A stretch of 63,248 nucleotides of DNA, counting the filler, from Pelomyxa schiedti (taxonomy: Eukaryota; Protista; Evosea): NCBI GenBank assembly GCA_020536535.1. It is 10 parts of 10 records of this genome, joined end to end, with 100 filler letters (N's around TTAATTAATTAA, not from the genome) between each part and the next. Parts side by side here need not be neighbours in the genome. Positions count along the whole stretch, not along the records: positions 50,593 to 52,601 come from JAHLWZ010000284.1; positions 52,702 to 54,139 come from JAHLWZ010002505.1; positions 54,240 to 60,671 come from JAHLWZ010001419.1; positions 60,772 to 63,248 come from JAHLWZ010000593.1; 6 more parts are not named here. The stretch is one strand, 5' to 3'. The notes below the pieces were generated by a model. The model was not told the origin of the DNA. It made no database searches and saw only the letters and a program-made list of their open reading frames with translations. This document shows, in pieces, positions 50,593-62,126 of the stretch (position 1 is its first letter; every line of letters starts with the position of its first letter). Position numbers and translations under genes: made by a program.

Positions 50593-52076
50593 GTGCTGGG
50601 TGTTGTTCCAGGGAACAGGGATGGAGTGGGTGTTATCCCTGGGAATAATGAAGGAGTGGGTGTTGTCACTGAAGGAAATAAAGAAGGTGTGGGAGTTGGT
50701 GTTGTTCCTAATAAAAAGGTCAGAATATTATGCAAGTACTTTAAATACCTGGAAACAGACTCGGTGTGCTGAAAAGACTTGTGGAAGTTGGCGGTGTTGA
50801 TGGGAGACCAAATGGACTTGTTGTTGATGGAAGCCCAAAGGGACTGGTTGTTGAGGTTGTCGGTGGAAGTCCAAAGGGACTGGTTGCTCCAGGGGTTGTA
50901 GACGGAAGTCCAAAAGGACTCGGGGTAGTTGTAGAGGGAAGCCCAAAGGGACTGGTTGTTCCAGGGGTTGTAGATGTGAGCCCAAATGGTGACGATGGGG
51001 GTATTGGTGTTGGGTGTTGAACGTATTCCCATCGCAGCTCCTCGATTGATTTGTTAGCCAAGGAGGGCATCGCAGTAATCGTCATGTGAGTTATGAGCCC
51101 CAGAGTTGGGTCATTCTCAGTTGTAGGAGAATACTTAACTTGAGGTGTAGCTCCGAAGAGTGAAGGCGTCGCGGTAGAAGCACCAAACGGAGAAGATGCG
51201 CCACCAGAGAACAGTGAAGGAGTCGAAGTTGGAGAGCCAAACAGAGAAGGGGTTGTGGTTGAAGGTGTGCTGGTGGATGGGAAACCAAANNNNNNNNNNN
51301 NNNNNNNNNNNNNNNNNNNNNNNNNNNNNNNNNNNNNNNNNNNNNNNNNNNNNNNNNNNNNNNNNNNNNNNNNNNNNNNNNNNNNNNNNTCGCGGTAGAA
51401 GCACCAAACGGAGAAGATGCGCCACCAGAGAACAGTGAAGGAGTCGAAGTTGGAGAGCCAAACAGAGAAGGGGTTGTGGTTGAAGGTGTGCTGGTGGATG
51501 GGAAACCAAACAGAGATGGAGTAGTTGTTGCGGTAGTAGAACCGGAAAATAAACTCGGAAACGGTGATGAAGTTGCAGGTGTTGAACTGGGGACCGGCGA
51601 AAACAGCGACGGGGCCGGTGTCGGACTTCCTGTACAAGATTAGATAGTGTAGACTGCAGGGAAAAAGGGTACCAAAGAGGCTCGGAGTTGTAGGCGTCTG
51701 GGCCGACGGTGTCGGAGTCCCGAAAAGGCCAGGCTGTGCTGGTGGTGGCTGGCCGAAAGGCTGAGACATTCCGGGGAACAAAGAGTTCGTAGTCGTGCTA
51801 GCTGGGGTACCAAACAGAGAAGGCGCTGTAGTACCAGGCTGTGTTCCAAATAAGCCACCAGTCGTAGTACCAGGACCAGGAGAACCAAATAAACTCGGTG
51901 TTGTAGTAGGTGTTGTAGACGGTGTCCCTGCTTGCGGTGTTAAGATCCAAAATTAAATAAAAAAAATGGGTCCACGTAAAAAAAAAAAAGAAAACTGACA
52001 CATGAGCAGGCAAACTAATTATTCTTTCAAAAGAGATGCAGGACGACACACCGAAACCCCCGAACGAGAAAGCCAT
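50593..52076 (-). CDS. NUP98: Nup98-like FG-repeat nucleoporin, N-terminal part with GLEBS motif; 3'-partial
   Basis: MAFSFGGFG start; SLFG/SPFG/GLFG repeats; HMTITAMPSLANKSIEELRWEY resembles the GLEBS consensus ITAM..Y..KS.EELR.E. Confidence 0.8.
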
Positions 52077-52701
52077 CGTCGATCGTTCGCTTTTTCTTGT
52101 CGCGAAGTCTTTTTGCTAATTGTTGTTTTTGGAGATGTGATGAGCTTTGGTTGTAAGAGTGATGGAAGGGAAAGGGACAAACCAACCGCGTTGGAACACA
52201 CTCACATGGTTATATGCCTCTTGTGGGGAGTTTATCCTCCAACGCTTTCCTTTTCTTTTTTTAATTAATTTTCTTCTTTCGGTTTTTTCCTCCTCTTCCA
52301 CCCGTTCTAAGAATAACCACAAGGAAGTTCCTCCTCCCGAGGTTCTCTGAGAATCATTCTCCACTACAATGAGGGATCCCCAACTCAGGAAGAACATTCC
52401 TCTCCGGGAAAGTCTTCCAGTGGCAGTTTCCTCCGAAGCATCCCACAATACCTCATTTGGTGGCCGGTTTCATCTCATCGAGGATCTTCTGCGGGGCAAT
52501 CACCACGCAGACCCAGCTAGGACGGCGCACGAACCACCACGCCGTAACCTCGTTTAGTGTTACTGCAACACCAAACCCTCAGTCCAAGCCGTAAAACCGA
52601 TNNNNNNNNNNNNNNNNNNNNNNNNNNNNNNNNNNNNNNNNNNNNTTAATTAATTAANNNNNNNNNNNNNNNNNNNNNNNNNNNNNNNNNNNNNNNNNNN
52701 N

Positions 52702-52790
52702 CAAGCAGGCCAATGTCATCGTGGCAGAGAGAGCTCTGCGGGAGATATACCTTCCTGCTTTTGAGACAGTGGTATGGGAGGGAGGACATC
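52702..52790 (+). pseudogene. GH3 beta-glucosidase fragment or exon
   Basis: ANVIVAERALREIYLPAFETVV matches the GH3 motif ERTLREIYLPAF; no continuation recognised. Confidence 0.55.
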
Positions 52791-54239
52791 TACCCAAGAA
52801 AACTAGCGCAGGTCAGTTGTCATGTCTCTCTCGCTCACCGTTTTTTTCCGTGCGGCGAACGAGCAAACACACAGTTTCTAATTGGTTTTAGAAACGTCTG
52901 AACCGCACTTTACGTCTTCAAGCCGCAATTTCGGAGGGATTGTCAAAAGCTGACCCCGAGGCACACCACGAAGGCAGCACCGACACGGAAGTATTCTGCC
53001 TCAAACTCAAATCCCGGTTCGAACCGGTCTACCACACCACTCACGCGACATAATTCCCTGCTACTTCACAACAAGGTATTCCCCTTCCCAAGTGTCTCTC
53101 ACCGCCATTCGACGGCCGTAACTTCTCCATCACAATGCACTTCAAACTCAGGCCAGATATCTACCCCAACATGAGATTTGATACAGCTGCTTTCCTCACA
53201 ACTGAACGCAACGCCTCAAACTTCTGGAAGAACTTGATGCATAATTTGCTGAATCAGAGGGAAAAATCTGCCCTTTTGGATTTAGCTGCAGAAAATGTGC
53301 TTGGTCCTGCAGCAGTCCCTGTGCCTGGAGGGAGAGTGGATTTTTTTTTTGTCCCTGGACAAGATTTTTGTTTTTTGTACCCAAACTCCTTAGTGCGAGT
53401 ACCAAAAACAATAAAGACCAAACAAAAAAAATAGTCCCCTTCTGGAATACACAGGACCCAGGGGGTAAGTCACCGTCAGAGGCCTGAGAGGACTGGCTAT
53501 TCTCTTTCCCCAGAGGAGTTTATCCCTCCGAAAATGGATCTGCCCACAGCCCACCCACCGCGAGGGGCGCAACCCGGTTTCCACTCCAGAAGTTTGTGTG
53601 GGGGTTTTCTGCAACCGGTTCATCCGAACCCCGCTGCAGTCGCGGCTTGGTTTCCCTTTCGGTCACCTTTCTTCTTTTCCTGTGTTTTCTTTGAAGGTGC
53701 TTTGGGGGGGAGTGTTTCCTTATATTTAATTTGTTGATTTGTTGGGAACTTGTGCACCTTACAACTCCCGGAAATTATCCTCTGCAGTGCCTACTAAACC
53801 CATCCCCGGTCCGGTAAACCGAATAATGGGACAAACACCAAGTTCAGGAGGCCTCATCCTGGTAGGTCTTTTGGGTCTCCCTCTTACGTACTCGACTGGG
53901 TCTGCGCAATCGTGTTCCGGGGCTCTTGTAGAGATGGAGGTATCACGCGTTCTCTAATCATTCGCCCTTCGGAATGTCAAAGGACAGGAAAACAAAACAA
54001 ACTCCAGAGCGAGGTTGTTTGGGTGTGAGAGGGGGCAATGGATTCCTCATCGCTGTTAAACATGCTTGGTGGGTCGGCCACAGGGATGGGCGGCCTGTCT
54101 CACGACAAGAAGATGGCCAAGGCTGATGCCTTCAAGGACNNNNNNNNNNNNNNNNNNNNNNNNNNNNNNNNNNNNNNNNNNNNTTAATTAATTAANNNNN
54201 NNNNNNNNNNNNNNNNNNNNNNNNNNNNNNNNNNNNNNN

Positions 54240-54305
54240 GCCTTGACTGGCTTTGTTGTCTTCAAAATGGGTGTCCCTGGTTGCTTTGTGGGATGTGTTT
54301 CGTGA
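54240..54305 (+). CDS. C-terminus of a subfamily D member (5'-partial)
   Basis: ALTGFVVFKMGVPGCFVGCVS*. Confidence 0.7.
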   Translation, partial: ALTGFVVFKMGVPGCFVGCVS

Positions 54306-54354
54306 AAAGAAAAAAGGCTCAAGTTTTCTCGTAGCAAGGAATTGACGGTTGGTC

Positions 54355-55426
54355 ATGCAATTCTGTAGGGCACCACCAGATGTCAAAGGTGCAACCCACG
54401 CACGGAGCCAATTCATCGCGCTCGGCGTTGGTGCGATTGTGGGACGGTGCGGCGGCTCCAGCCCGGCGTCGGCCCTCTCGCCGTCGTCCCTGTCGCTCAT
54501 CGGCCGCGAGTGGGTCGTGTTCCCAGCGAGGCACGTCATAATCAGCGCAGAGACCGATGCGACGCACCACGAGGTCATCATGTTCAGTGTGTCACCGACA
54601 CTCGGCCTCGTCGACCAACCTGCCACCATCTACACCAGTACACTCAGTGCCAATTTTTGTGGATGGGTTGGGCCGCTGTCCCACAATGGGGCCCCGAGGT
54701 TCGCCCTTGTGCTTGAGAGCGCGCAGCATGTGATCGACACCAAGGCATGGGGACATGATGATACCCGTTAAGATGTATCCCTTTGGTTACTACGGCTACA
54801 CCAGCAGGAGGTGGTTTTGCATCCACAACTGGTGGGTGAGTGCATTTTCAGTGTGGAACTGCGATGGCATTGAGAGTGGATGCGTTCCCACACACTTGAA
54901 CGTTGCCCTGCCAGGAGCACTGAAAAGTGCTGCGTTTGATGGTGACGGTTCACTGGTTGTGTTGCTGGAGCATGGCGGGGCGGTGGCAATTGACCTGGAG
55001 GCCACTTGGGAGCAAAAAAGGTTGGTTTCAAGCCCACTGCCAACTTGTGGTTTTGTGCACCTTGAAAGTGTTTTGTGCTGGAAGGGAGTGACGTATGTAT
55101 TTCCTTCTGGCGAGGCTTGTCTCGTGTGCCTGAACACTGGTCAGAGTACACCACTGCCTGAAGGGAAACCACAGCCAATTGGAGGGCCTTACTTCGTGGT
55201 CACTACACATTCTGAATATGAAAGAGGGTGTTCTTGTTCAGAGGTTCACAGTGTTGTGGAACCCTCCAAAGTGTTCTTCACCCACCGCAATTTGCATCCT
55301 GCACAGCTGTATTTTGGGAATGAAATGGCTCTTAGAAATGATACCAGTTCAGGTGCCATTGATGTGATGGATGCTGTGTCTGGCTTTCTAATCTTCAGAA
55401 TGGAGAAGAGACATCTCGTGATGTGA
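54355..55426 (+). pseudogene. Subfamily D member frameshifted at ~54744 (AAGG vs paralog AAGGGG)
   Basis: ORFs 54349..54771 and 54755..55426 together align end to end with 55889..56947. Confidence 0.8.
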
Positions 55427-55888
55427 AGATTAACAGGTTGTGGTGGTNNNNNNNNNNNNNNNNNNNNNNNNNNNNNNNNNNNNNNNNNNNNNNNNNNNNN
55501 NNNNNNNNNNNNNNNNNNNNNNNNNNNNNNNNNNNNNNNNNNNNNNNGGCTCTTAGAAATGATACCAGTTCAGGTGCCATTGATGTGATGGATGCTGTGT
55601 CTGGCTTTCTAATCTTCAGAATGGAGAAGAGACATCTCGTGATGTGAAGATTAACAGGTTGTGGTGGTATTTGATTGTTGTGGGTTCAAAAACCAAACTT
55701 TTACCTACTCTGACTGGGCCGGCCAGCCTTTTGCAACAGAACAGTGGACAAGAAGAAGGATAATGTGAGCTCCAGTCTATTTTAATATTAGATTTTCGCG
55801 TGGTTGTAGCACTGGTGCAGATGGTGGTGGGCCCACAGTACAAACTGTATTCGACGAAATCAGCCACACTCCAATCACGTCCGGGTGG

Positions 55889-56947
55889 ATGTCAACAGTG
55901 TCGATCCAGGATGCAACCTTCGCACGGAGCCAATTCATCGCACTCGGCGTTGGTGCGATTGTGGGACGGTGCGGCTGCTCCAGCCCCGCGTCGGCCCTCT
56001 CGCCGGCGTCCCTGTCGACCATCGGTCGCGAGTGGATCGTGGTCCCCGGGAGGCACGTAGTCATTGCCGCCGACAGAAACCATCAGCGCAAGTTCATCAC
56101 GTTCAGCGTGTCACCAACACTCGGCCTCGTCGACCAACCTGCCACCCTTGGCAACAGGTTCATCGATTTCCGGGGATGGCTTGGCCCGCAATCCCACAAT
56201 GGACTTCCAATGTTCGCCCTCGTGCTTGAAGAGGGCAGGAAGCTGTGCGTTGTCGACGCCAAGGGGCACTCTGACGTCGAGATTCCTGTTGCGCTGCATT
56301 CCTTTGGGTGCCGGGTGTGCACGAGCAGGAGGTGGTTTTGCGTCCACAACTGGTGGGCGAATGCATTTTCGGTGTGGAACTGTGACGACATTGGGAGCGG
56401 AAGTGTACCTCCCCACGTGAATCTTGCTGCACCGTGGGCAATGCGCAGTGCCACGTTTGATGGTGAGCGCTACCTCGTCGTTTCACTGAAGGATGGTGGC
56501 GCAATGGCAGTAGACCTTGAGGCCACCTTGGAGCAAAAAAGGCTTGTTTCTAGCACCCTGCTCACTGGTGGTGATCTGCAGATTGAAAGTTTAATTTGCT
56601 GGAAGGGAGTGACCTATGCGTTCCCATCTGGCAAGGGTTGTTTCATGGTGTGCCTGAACACTGGTCAGAGGGTGCCACTGCCTGAAGGGAAGGCACAGCC
56701 AATTGGAGGGCCTTACTTTGTGGTCACGCACTCTGATGGAGAAGAGTTGTCTTCTTGTTCAGAGGTTCACAGTGTTGTGGAACCCACCAAAGTGTTCTTC
56801 ACCCACCGCAATTTGCAGCCTGCAGGACTGCATTTTGGGAATGAAATGGTTGTGAGAAATGCCAGAAATTGCACAGATGTGATCGATGCTGTGACTGGCT
56901 TTGTTGTCTTCAAACTGGGGAATCTTTATGTGGTGAAGGTTTCATGA
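55889..56947 (+). CDS. Superfamily member (subfamily D), intronless, 352 aa
   Basis: ARSQFIALGVGAIVGRCGCSSPASALSP..IGREW, FSVSPTLG, SRRW, PIGGPY, VIDAVTGFVVF. Confidence 0.85.
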   Translation: MSTVSIQDATFARSQFIALGVGAIVGRCGCSSPASALSPASLSTIGREWIVVPGRHVVIAADRNHQRKFITFSVSPTLGLVDQPATLGNRFIDFRGWLGPQSHNGLPMFALVLEEGRKLCVVDAKGHSDVEIPVALHSFGCRVCTSRRWFCVHNWWANAFSVWNCDDIGSGSVPPHVNLAAPWAMRSATFDGERYLVVSLKDGGAMAVDLEATLEQKRLVSSTLLTGGDLQIESLICWKGVTYAFPSGKGCFMVCLNTGQRVPLPEGKAQPIGGPYFVVTHSDGEELSSCSEVHSVVEPTKVFFTHRNLQPAGLHFGNEMVVRNARNCTDVIDAVTGFVVFKLGNLYVVKVS

Positions 56948-57049
56948 CAGAATAAAAACCTTTGTTTCAAGTGTTGGACATCCCTAAGTATCTAAAGTCT
57001 CAAAACATTGACAAGCAACACAATCAACATTCGTTGAAAATCTCGTTTG

Positions 57050-58207
57050 ATGGCAGACCCAAAAGCAGTCGAAACCAAGGACAACACCGACGCGCGCGAC
57101 CAGTTCATTGCCCTCGGCGTCGGTGTAATTGTGGGACGTTGCGGCCGCGACATCGCCAGCCCTGTGTCGGCCCTCACACCCCCTTTGTTGTCGTGGATCG
57201 GCCGAGAGTGGGTCGTGTTCCCTGCCAGGCTTGTCGTCGTGGAGATGGCGTATCAATCATTCCACAAAGCCAAGGAGTTCGTGAGGTTCAGCGTGTCACC
57301 GACGCTGGGCCTCGTGCGGCATCCCACAATGATCAATTTCGGAATCAACAACAAAGTCACATACTTCTACGGGTGGGTGGGTTCCCAGTCATCAGGCGAC
57401 AGGTTCGCCCTGACGATGGCCCAGGCTGCTGACGACTCCACTGGAGCACAGAAGTTGGTCGTGATCGACACCAGCGGGCACAGTGAGGACCTGAGGCTGT
57501 GTAACTGGCGGAGCCTTTCAGGGCCCTGGTGCAACAACAGGAGGTGGATTGCAGCCACAAAAAAGATGCCTCTGACATCATCACTGACACTGTGGAACCT
57601 TGATGGAGTTGAGAGTGGCAGTGTCTCCAAAGTGGAGGACATTGATCTGCCGTGGAAGGTGTCCCGGGCCGCGTTTGGTGGTGATGACAGTTCACTGGTT
57701 GTATCACAGCCGGAGGGTGGAATCATGGTGATTGACCTCGAGGCCACGTTTTCACAGAGCAGGCTGGTTTGTAGCCCGGTTCAAATCGCAGCTGTTGATC
57801 GGAGGTACCTAATCGATCAGATGATCTGCTGGAATGGAGTGCTGTATGCCTTGCTGTCTGGGGGAGATGGAAGCACTTGGGTGCAGTGCCTGACAACCGG
57901 CTTGAGCACGAAGTTGAGTCGAGGAAATACAGAGCCACTTGGTGGCCCCTACGTTGCTGTGTGTACCTCCAGCAAAGAGGAGTGTGGAGTCTATGTGTAC
58001 AGCGTAGTGGCACCAACCAAGGTGTGCTCACAACACATGTCACACAGTGAAATTGAGAGGTTAGTGACTGGGTGGGAGATGGTGTTCCGGGACAATGGTT
58101 TTTGTTGTCCACCAGGCATCAATACCATTGAGGTTGTTGATGCTGTGACTGGCTTTGTTGTCTTCAAAATGGCCGTCACTGATTGCTTTGTGGCAGCTGT
58201 TTCTTGA
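57050..58207 (+). CDS. Superfamily member (subfamily D), intronless, ~385 aa
   Basis: ARDQFIALGVGVIVGRCG, VSPTLG, CNNRRW, VVDAVTGFVVF. Confidence 0.85.
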   Translation: MADPKAVETKDNTDARDQFIALGVGVIVGRCGRDIASPVSALTPPLLSWIGREWVVFPARLVVVEMAYQSFHKAKEFVRFSVSPTLGLVRHPTMINFGINNKVTYFYGWVGSQSSGDRFALTMAQAADDSTGAQKLVVIDTSGHSEDLRLCNWRSLSGPWCNNRRWIAATKKMPLTSSLTLWNLDGVESGSVSKVEDIDLPWKVSRAAFGGDDSSLVVSQPEGGIMVIDLEATFSQSRLVCSPVQIAAVDRRYLIDQMICWNGVLYALLSGGDGSTWVQCLTTGLSTKLSRGNTEPLGGPYVAVCTSSKEECGVYVYSVVAPTKVCSQHMSHSEIERLVTGWEMVFRDNGFCCPPGINTIEVVDAVTGFVVFKMAVTDCFVAAVS

Positions 58208-58687
58208 AAGAGAAGTATTGGGAAGGAATGAAACAGAGGTTCTCTTGTTGATTGATTGCACATTGTACAGGAACAACTAATTTGGTGCATTTAGCTTGCA
58301 GTCCACATTCTGCACTTCCTTGTCCCAGTAATTCCATGAAGCCCGCCTTACTCAGGGCCGACGATTCTGAGCTCAAGCTCGGGTACTTGCTGAAGTAACC
58401 CTTGGTTCCTGGGGTTGTTTTTTCGTTTTCCGTGTGGGGGTGCTGTTCTCGGGGGCTAGTGAGATAGACTTTAGATCGCGGGATTAGAATGGCAAGAGAT
58501 TCACCAAAGCTAAGCTTGACACCTGCGTAGCATCTATAAGATCTCTGTTTCAACGAGATCACAATGGTCGTTAAATTGGTTGAGTGTTGAATAAACTATT
58601 GTTGCGTTTGAGTTATTTGGTCTTGTGAAGGAAAAGCTAAGTCGCTATTACGAGCGTCGTGTAGCGTAGTGCTACTCTTTTCTTTTG

Positions 58688-59830
58688 ATGGCGGACTTAA
58701 AAGCAGTTGAAACCAAGGACAACACCGACGCGCGCGACCAGTTCATTGCCCTCGGCGTCGGTGTAATTGTGGGACGTTGCGGCCGCGACACCGCCAGCCC
58801 GGTTTCGGCCCTCACACCCCCTTTATTGTCGTGGATCGGCCGAGAGTGGATCGTGTTCCCTGCCAGGCTCGTCATGGTGGAGCTTGCGTATCGTTCAGTC
58901 GAGAACGCCAAGGAGTTCGTGAGGTTCAGTGTGTCACCGACTCTGGGCCTCGTGCGCCGTCCCACAATGATCGACTTCAGAGGCAACAACAACAGCACAT
59001 ACTTCTACGGGTGGGTGGGTCCCCAGTCATCAGGCGACAGGTTTGCCCTGACGGCGTCCCAGGCTGCTGCCGACACTGGAGCACAGACACAGGTGTTGGC
59101 TGTGATTGACACCAGCGGGCACAGTGAGGACTTGAGGCTGTGTAACTGGCTGAGCCTGACAGGGCCATGGTGCAACAACAGGAGGTGGGTAGCTGCCACA
59201 AAAAGAACAACAGGAACGCCACTGACATCATCACTGACACTGTGGAACCTTGATGGAGTCGAGCGTGGGAGTATCACCAAAGTGGAGGGCGTTTCTATGC
59301 CTTGGAACGTGGACTGGGCTGCGTTTGGTGATGACAGTTCACTGGTTGTTTCACAGTCGGGTGGAATCATGGTGATTGGCCTCGAGGCCACGTTTTCAGA
59401 GAGCAGGCTGGTTTGGACCCCGGTGCAAATCGCTGATTTTGATCGAACGTACCTCGACCACATTATCTGCTGGAATGGGCGGTTGTATGCCTTGTTGTAT
59501 GGCACAGATAGGATCACTTGGGTGCAGTGCCTGACAACTGGTGGGCGCACGAAATTGAGTGGAGACTATACAGTGCCACTTGGTGGGCCCTATGTTGCCG
59601 TGTGTACCTCCAGTGCAGAGGAGTGTGGGGTTGATGTATGCAGCATTGTAGAGCCTACCAAGGTGTGCGTACAACACAGGGCACAGAATGGAATTGAGAG
59701 GTTCGTGCTTGGGCGGGAGATGGTGTTCTGGGACAGTGCCCAAACCACCACCGAGGTGATTGATGCTGTGACTGGCTTTGTTGTCTTCAAAATGGCCGTC
59801 ACTGGGTGCTTTGTGGCAAGTGTTTCATGA
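58688..59830 (+). CDS. Superfamily member (subfamily D), intronless, ~380 aa
   Basis: Close paralog of 57050..58207. Confidence 0.85.
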   Translation: MADLKAVETKDNTDARDQFIALGVGVIVGRCGRDTASPVSALTPPLLSWIGREWIVFPARLVMVELAYRSVENAKEFVRFSVSPTLGLVRRPTMIDFRGNNNSTYFYGWVGPQSSGDRFALTASQAAADTGAQTQVLAVIDTSGHSEDLRLCNWLSLTGPWCNNRRWVAATKRTTGTPLTSSLTLWNLDGVERGSITKVEGVSMPWNVDWAAFGDDSSLVVSQSGGIMVIGLEATFSESRLVWTPVQIADFDRTYLDHIICWNGRLYALLYGTDRITWVQCLTTGGRTKLSGDYTVPLGGPYVAVCTSSAEECGVDVCSIVEPTKVCVQHRAQNGIERFVLGREMVFWDSAQTTTEVIDAVTGFVVFKMAVTGCFVASVS

Positions 59831-59910
59831 AGCAAAGAGACAAGACATTCACCAAAATTTGTATTTTTTTGGGCATGATCCAGCTTAGGGGAAAAGGAAG
59901 ACGTGTCACA

Positions 59911-60072
59911 ATGTCGTCTGTGGCACTCAAAGATGCAACACGCACACGGAGCCAATTCATTGGGCTTGGTGTCGGTGCGATTGTGGCACGTGGTGATTGT
60001 GGGTCCAGCCCCGCATCAGCCCTCACACCCGTCGTCCCTCTCTCATTGGTTGTAAATAGATCATGCTGGTGA
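59911..60072 (+). pseudogene. N-terminal motif-only subfamily D fragment
   Basis: TRSQFIGLGVGAIVARGDCGSSPASALTP, then early stop. Confidence 0.7.
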
Positions 60073-60771
60073 ACTTGATGTGGGTGTACCACAGCTTTGC
60101 TTGAGAGTGGGCGAACTAATGCACTTGGCAACGAATACAGAAGTCAACTGAAGTGATGAAGAACCAAATGAAGTGACGCAGTCTGAGGGAGACTTCATGG
60201 CATGAAGAGAGCGGAAAGTGGGAAAATTCATTCAGTGAATGGGAGCTCTCAGCTGTTGTTGATGTGTGGCACAGCATTCCCGCTCAGGGATAGGATGGCA
60301 GGGAATTAAGCTCCTGCCAACCCAGTCAGGCTTTTGCCCAAGAATCAGGCTTTTCAATTTTTAAAATGGTTACCCTTTTTTCCCTCTCTTGGTGGGAGTT
60401 TGTTTTTTTGGACTTTGAGGTGTGATCAGTTGAGGTGCGTCGCCGCCTTTCCCAGGGTGGTTGTGTGTGGGCTGCTGGCTTTTCCTGTGGCTTTTCTGCT
60501 GTTTTATTCAGTGTTATTTCTAGAATACCCTCTGGATTGTCTTATGCCCATTCCTGTTCACCATCTGATGGAGGAGTACATGGTGAGGGCTCAAGGTGCA
60601 AGGCGGGTGAAGAGGTTTCCAGTGAAGGCACATCTGTGGATTGTTCATCTGTAAAAAAAGTTAGGATTATGNNNNNNNNNNNNNNNNNNNNNNNNNNNNN
60701 NNNNNNNNNNNNNNNTTAATTAATTAANNNNNNNNNNNNNNNNNNNNNNNNNNNNNNNNNNNNNNNNNNNN

Positions 60772-61308
60772 AAGGCACAAATGGTGGGGTTGGGTATTTC
60801 CCGCACCTGGAAAAGGAGGCCACCCTCAACAAAAGCCTGACTCGTGGTGCACCCACTCAGGCACTGCTGTTTCCTCACTGGCTCGCTGCCTGCGTTATTC
60901 ACATCCCACACTGAGTAGCAAGTGACAGGGAAGTCGGAATCGTCATCCATGACACAGAACTGTGACTGGCTAACCTGTGACACACGCAAATCTTCTCTCA
61001 TGCTCTCTGGGAATGCTCTTCCCAGCTTGCCAGTTCCCTCCTCAATGGTGATGAAGTGATAGGAACAAGGAAAGAGGCCTTCACCTTCCCTCATGACAAA
61101 TAACAGGTGATTCGTCGAGCCACCACCACCCTCACGGTCTTGTCTTCTGAACACATGATATTGCTTGCTTACAAAGCTCTTAAAGCTACCCAAGGATGGA
61201 GGAAGGTCACTCAATCTTGGCACAGTTGAACTCAGCACTGCAAGTCTCTTGGACGAGCAAGTTTCCACAAGGTCAACCAAGACGAACTCAAAGAATGTGG
61301 GGTGAAGG
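60772..61308 (-). CDS. Partial superfamily member (B-like), near-identical to the 3' half of 62127..63248
   Basis: LHPTFFEFVLVDL..AFVEGGLLFQV; bounded by gaps. Confidence 0.7.
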
Positions 61309-61461
61309 NNNNNNNNNNNNNNNNNNNNNNNNNNNNNNNNNNNNNNNNNNNNNNNNNNNNNNNNNNNNNNNNNNNNNNNNNNNNNNNNNNNNNNNNNNNN
61401 NNNNNNNNACGGTTGCACCCCGTGGCCGATGGTCTTGTAGAAAACGCCTTTTTTTTCCGTC

Positions 61462-61806
61462 TCAGTTCCTCGTCTCTGGACTGAGAAAACTAATAAACCC
61501 GATAAAAAGTGTGCACACTTGGGCAGTCCACGCCGTCGCGCGAGGCTTATGGGTGTTGGTGACCACCACGCCGAACACTACCTCGGAGTCGCGGCCGAGG
61601 CACCAGTCCCACAGTGGCGCGGTCGTGAGAGGCGGGAGAGACACGAAGTGACGCGCGGGGCTCGCCGCGCCGCACCGATTGTGGGACGCCATCACCAACG
61701 CGAGGAGTTGATCGCGCGCATAGAGCGTCGTTGTTGTATTTGTGTGCGTGCTCCCCTCCTCGCTTCTTTGTCGTTTCATTTTTCTAACATCTGTCTGATG
61801 GTTCAA
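61462..61806 (-). pseudogene. N-terminal fragment of a superfamily member
   Basis: YARDQLLALVMASHNRCGAASPARHFVSLPPLTTAPLWDWC; homology lost after ~61520. Confidence 0.65.
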
Positions 61807-62126
61807 CGAAGAAGAGTTTCTGTCAAAGCCGCTTTGGCCTCAAGTCATTCCTTCGAGGCATATCTCATTGTTGTCGATCTGTCTGACTTATTTCGCACCA
61901 AGAGGCCAAACGCAAACAGCACATCGAGGATGGTGGCACGGCCTCCGCCGATGGCGCAACGAGCAAGCAGCGCAGTTGCAAACAACTACAAAAACGTCAG
62001 ATCCAAAGACAGTTGGTTGGGTCAACAGTAACAGCCAGCACTTGCAGCAGAACTTGGGCAAATGGTGTGGTTGTTGTGTTGGTCCTCACAGAGCGAAGGC
62101 TCCTGCAACCACTGTGGCCACTTGAT

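Noticed and set aside
52800-54139. Short ORFs, including a possible TPR-protein start at ~54038
   Set aside because: Too short or truncated to support a call
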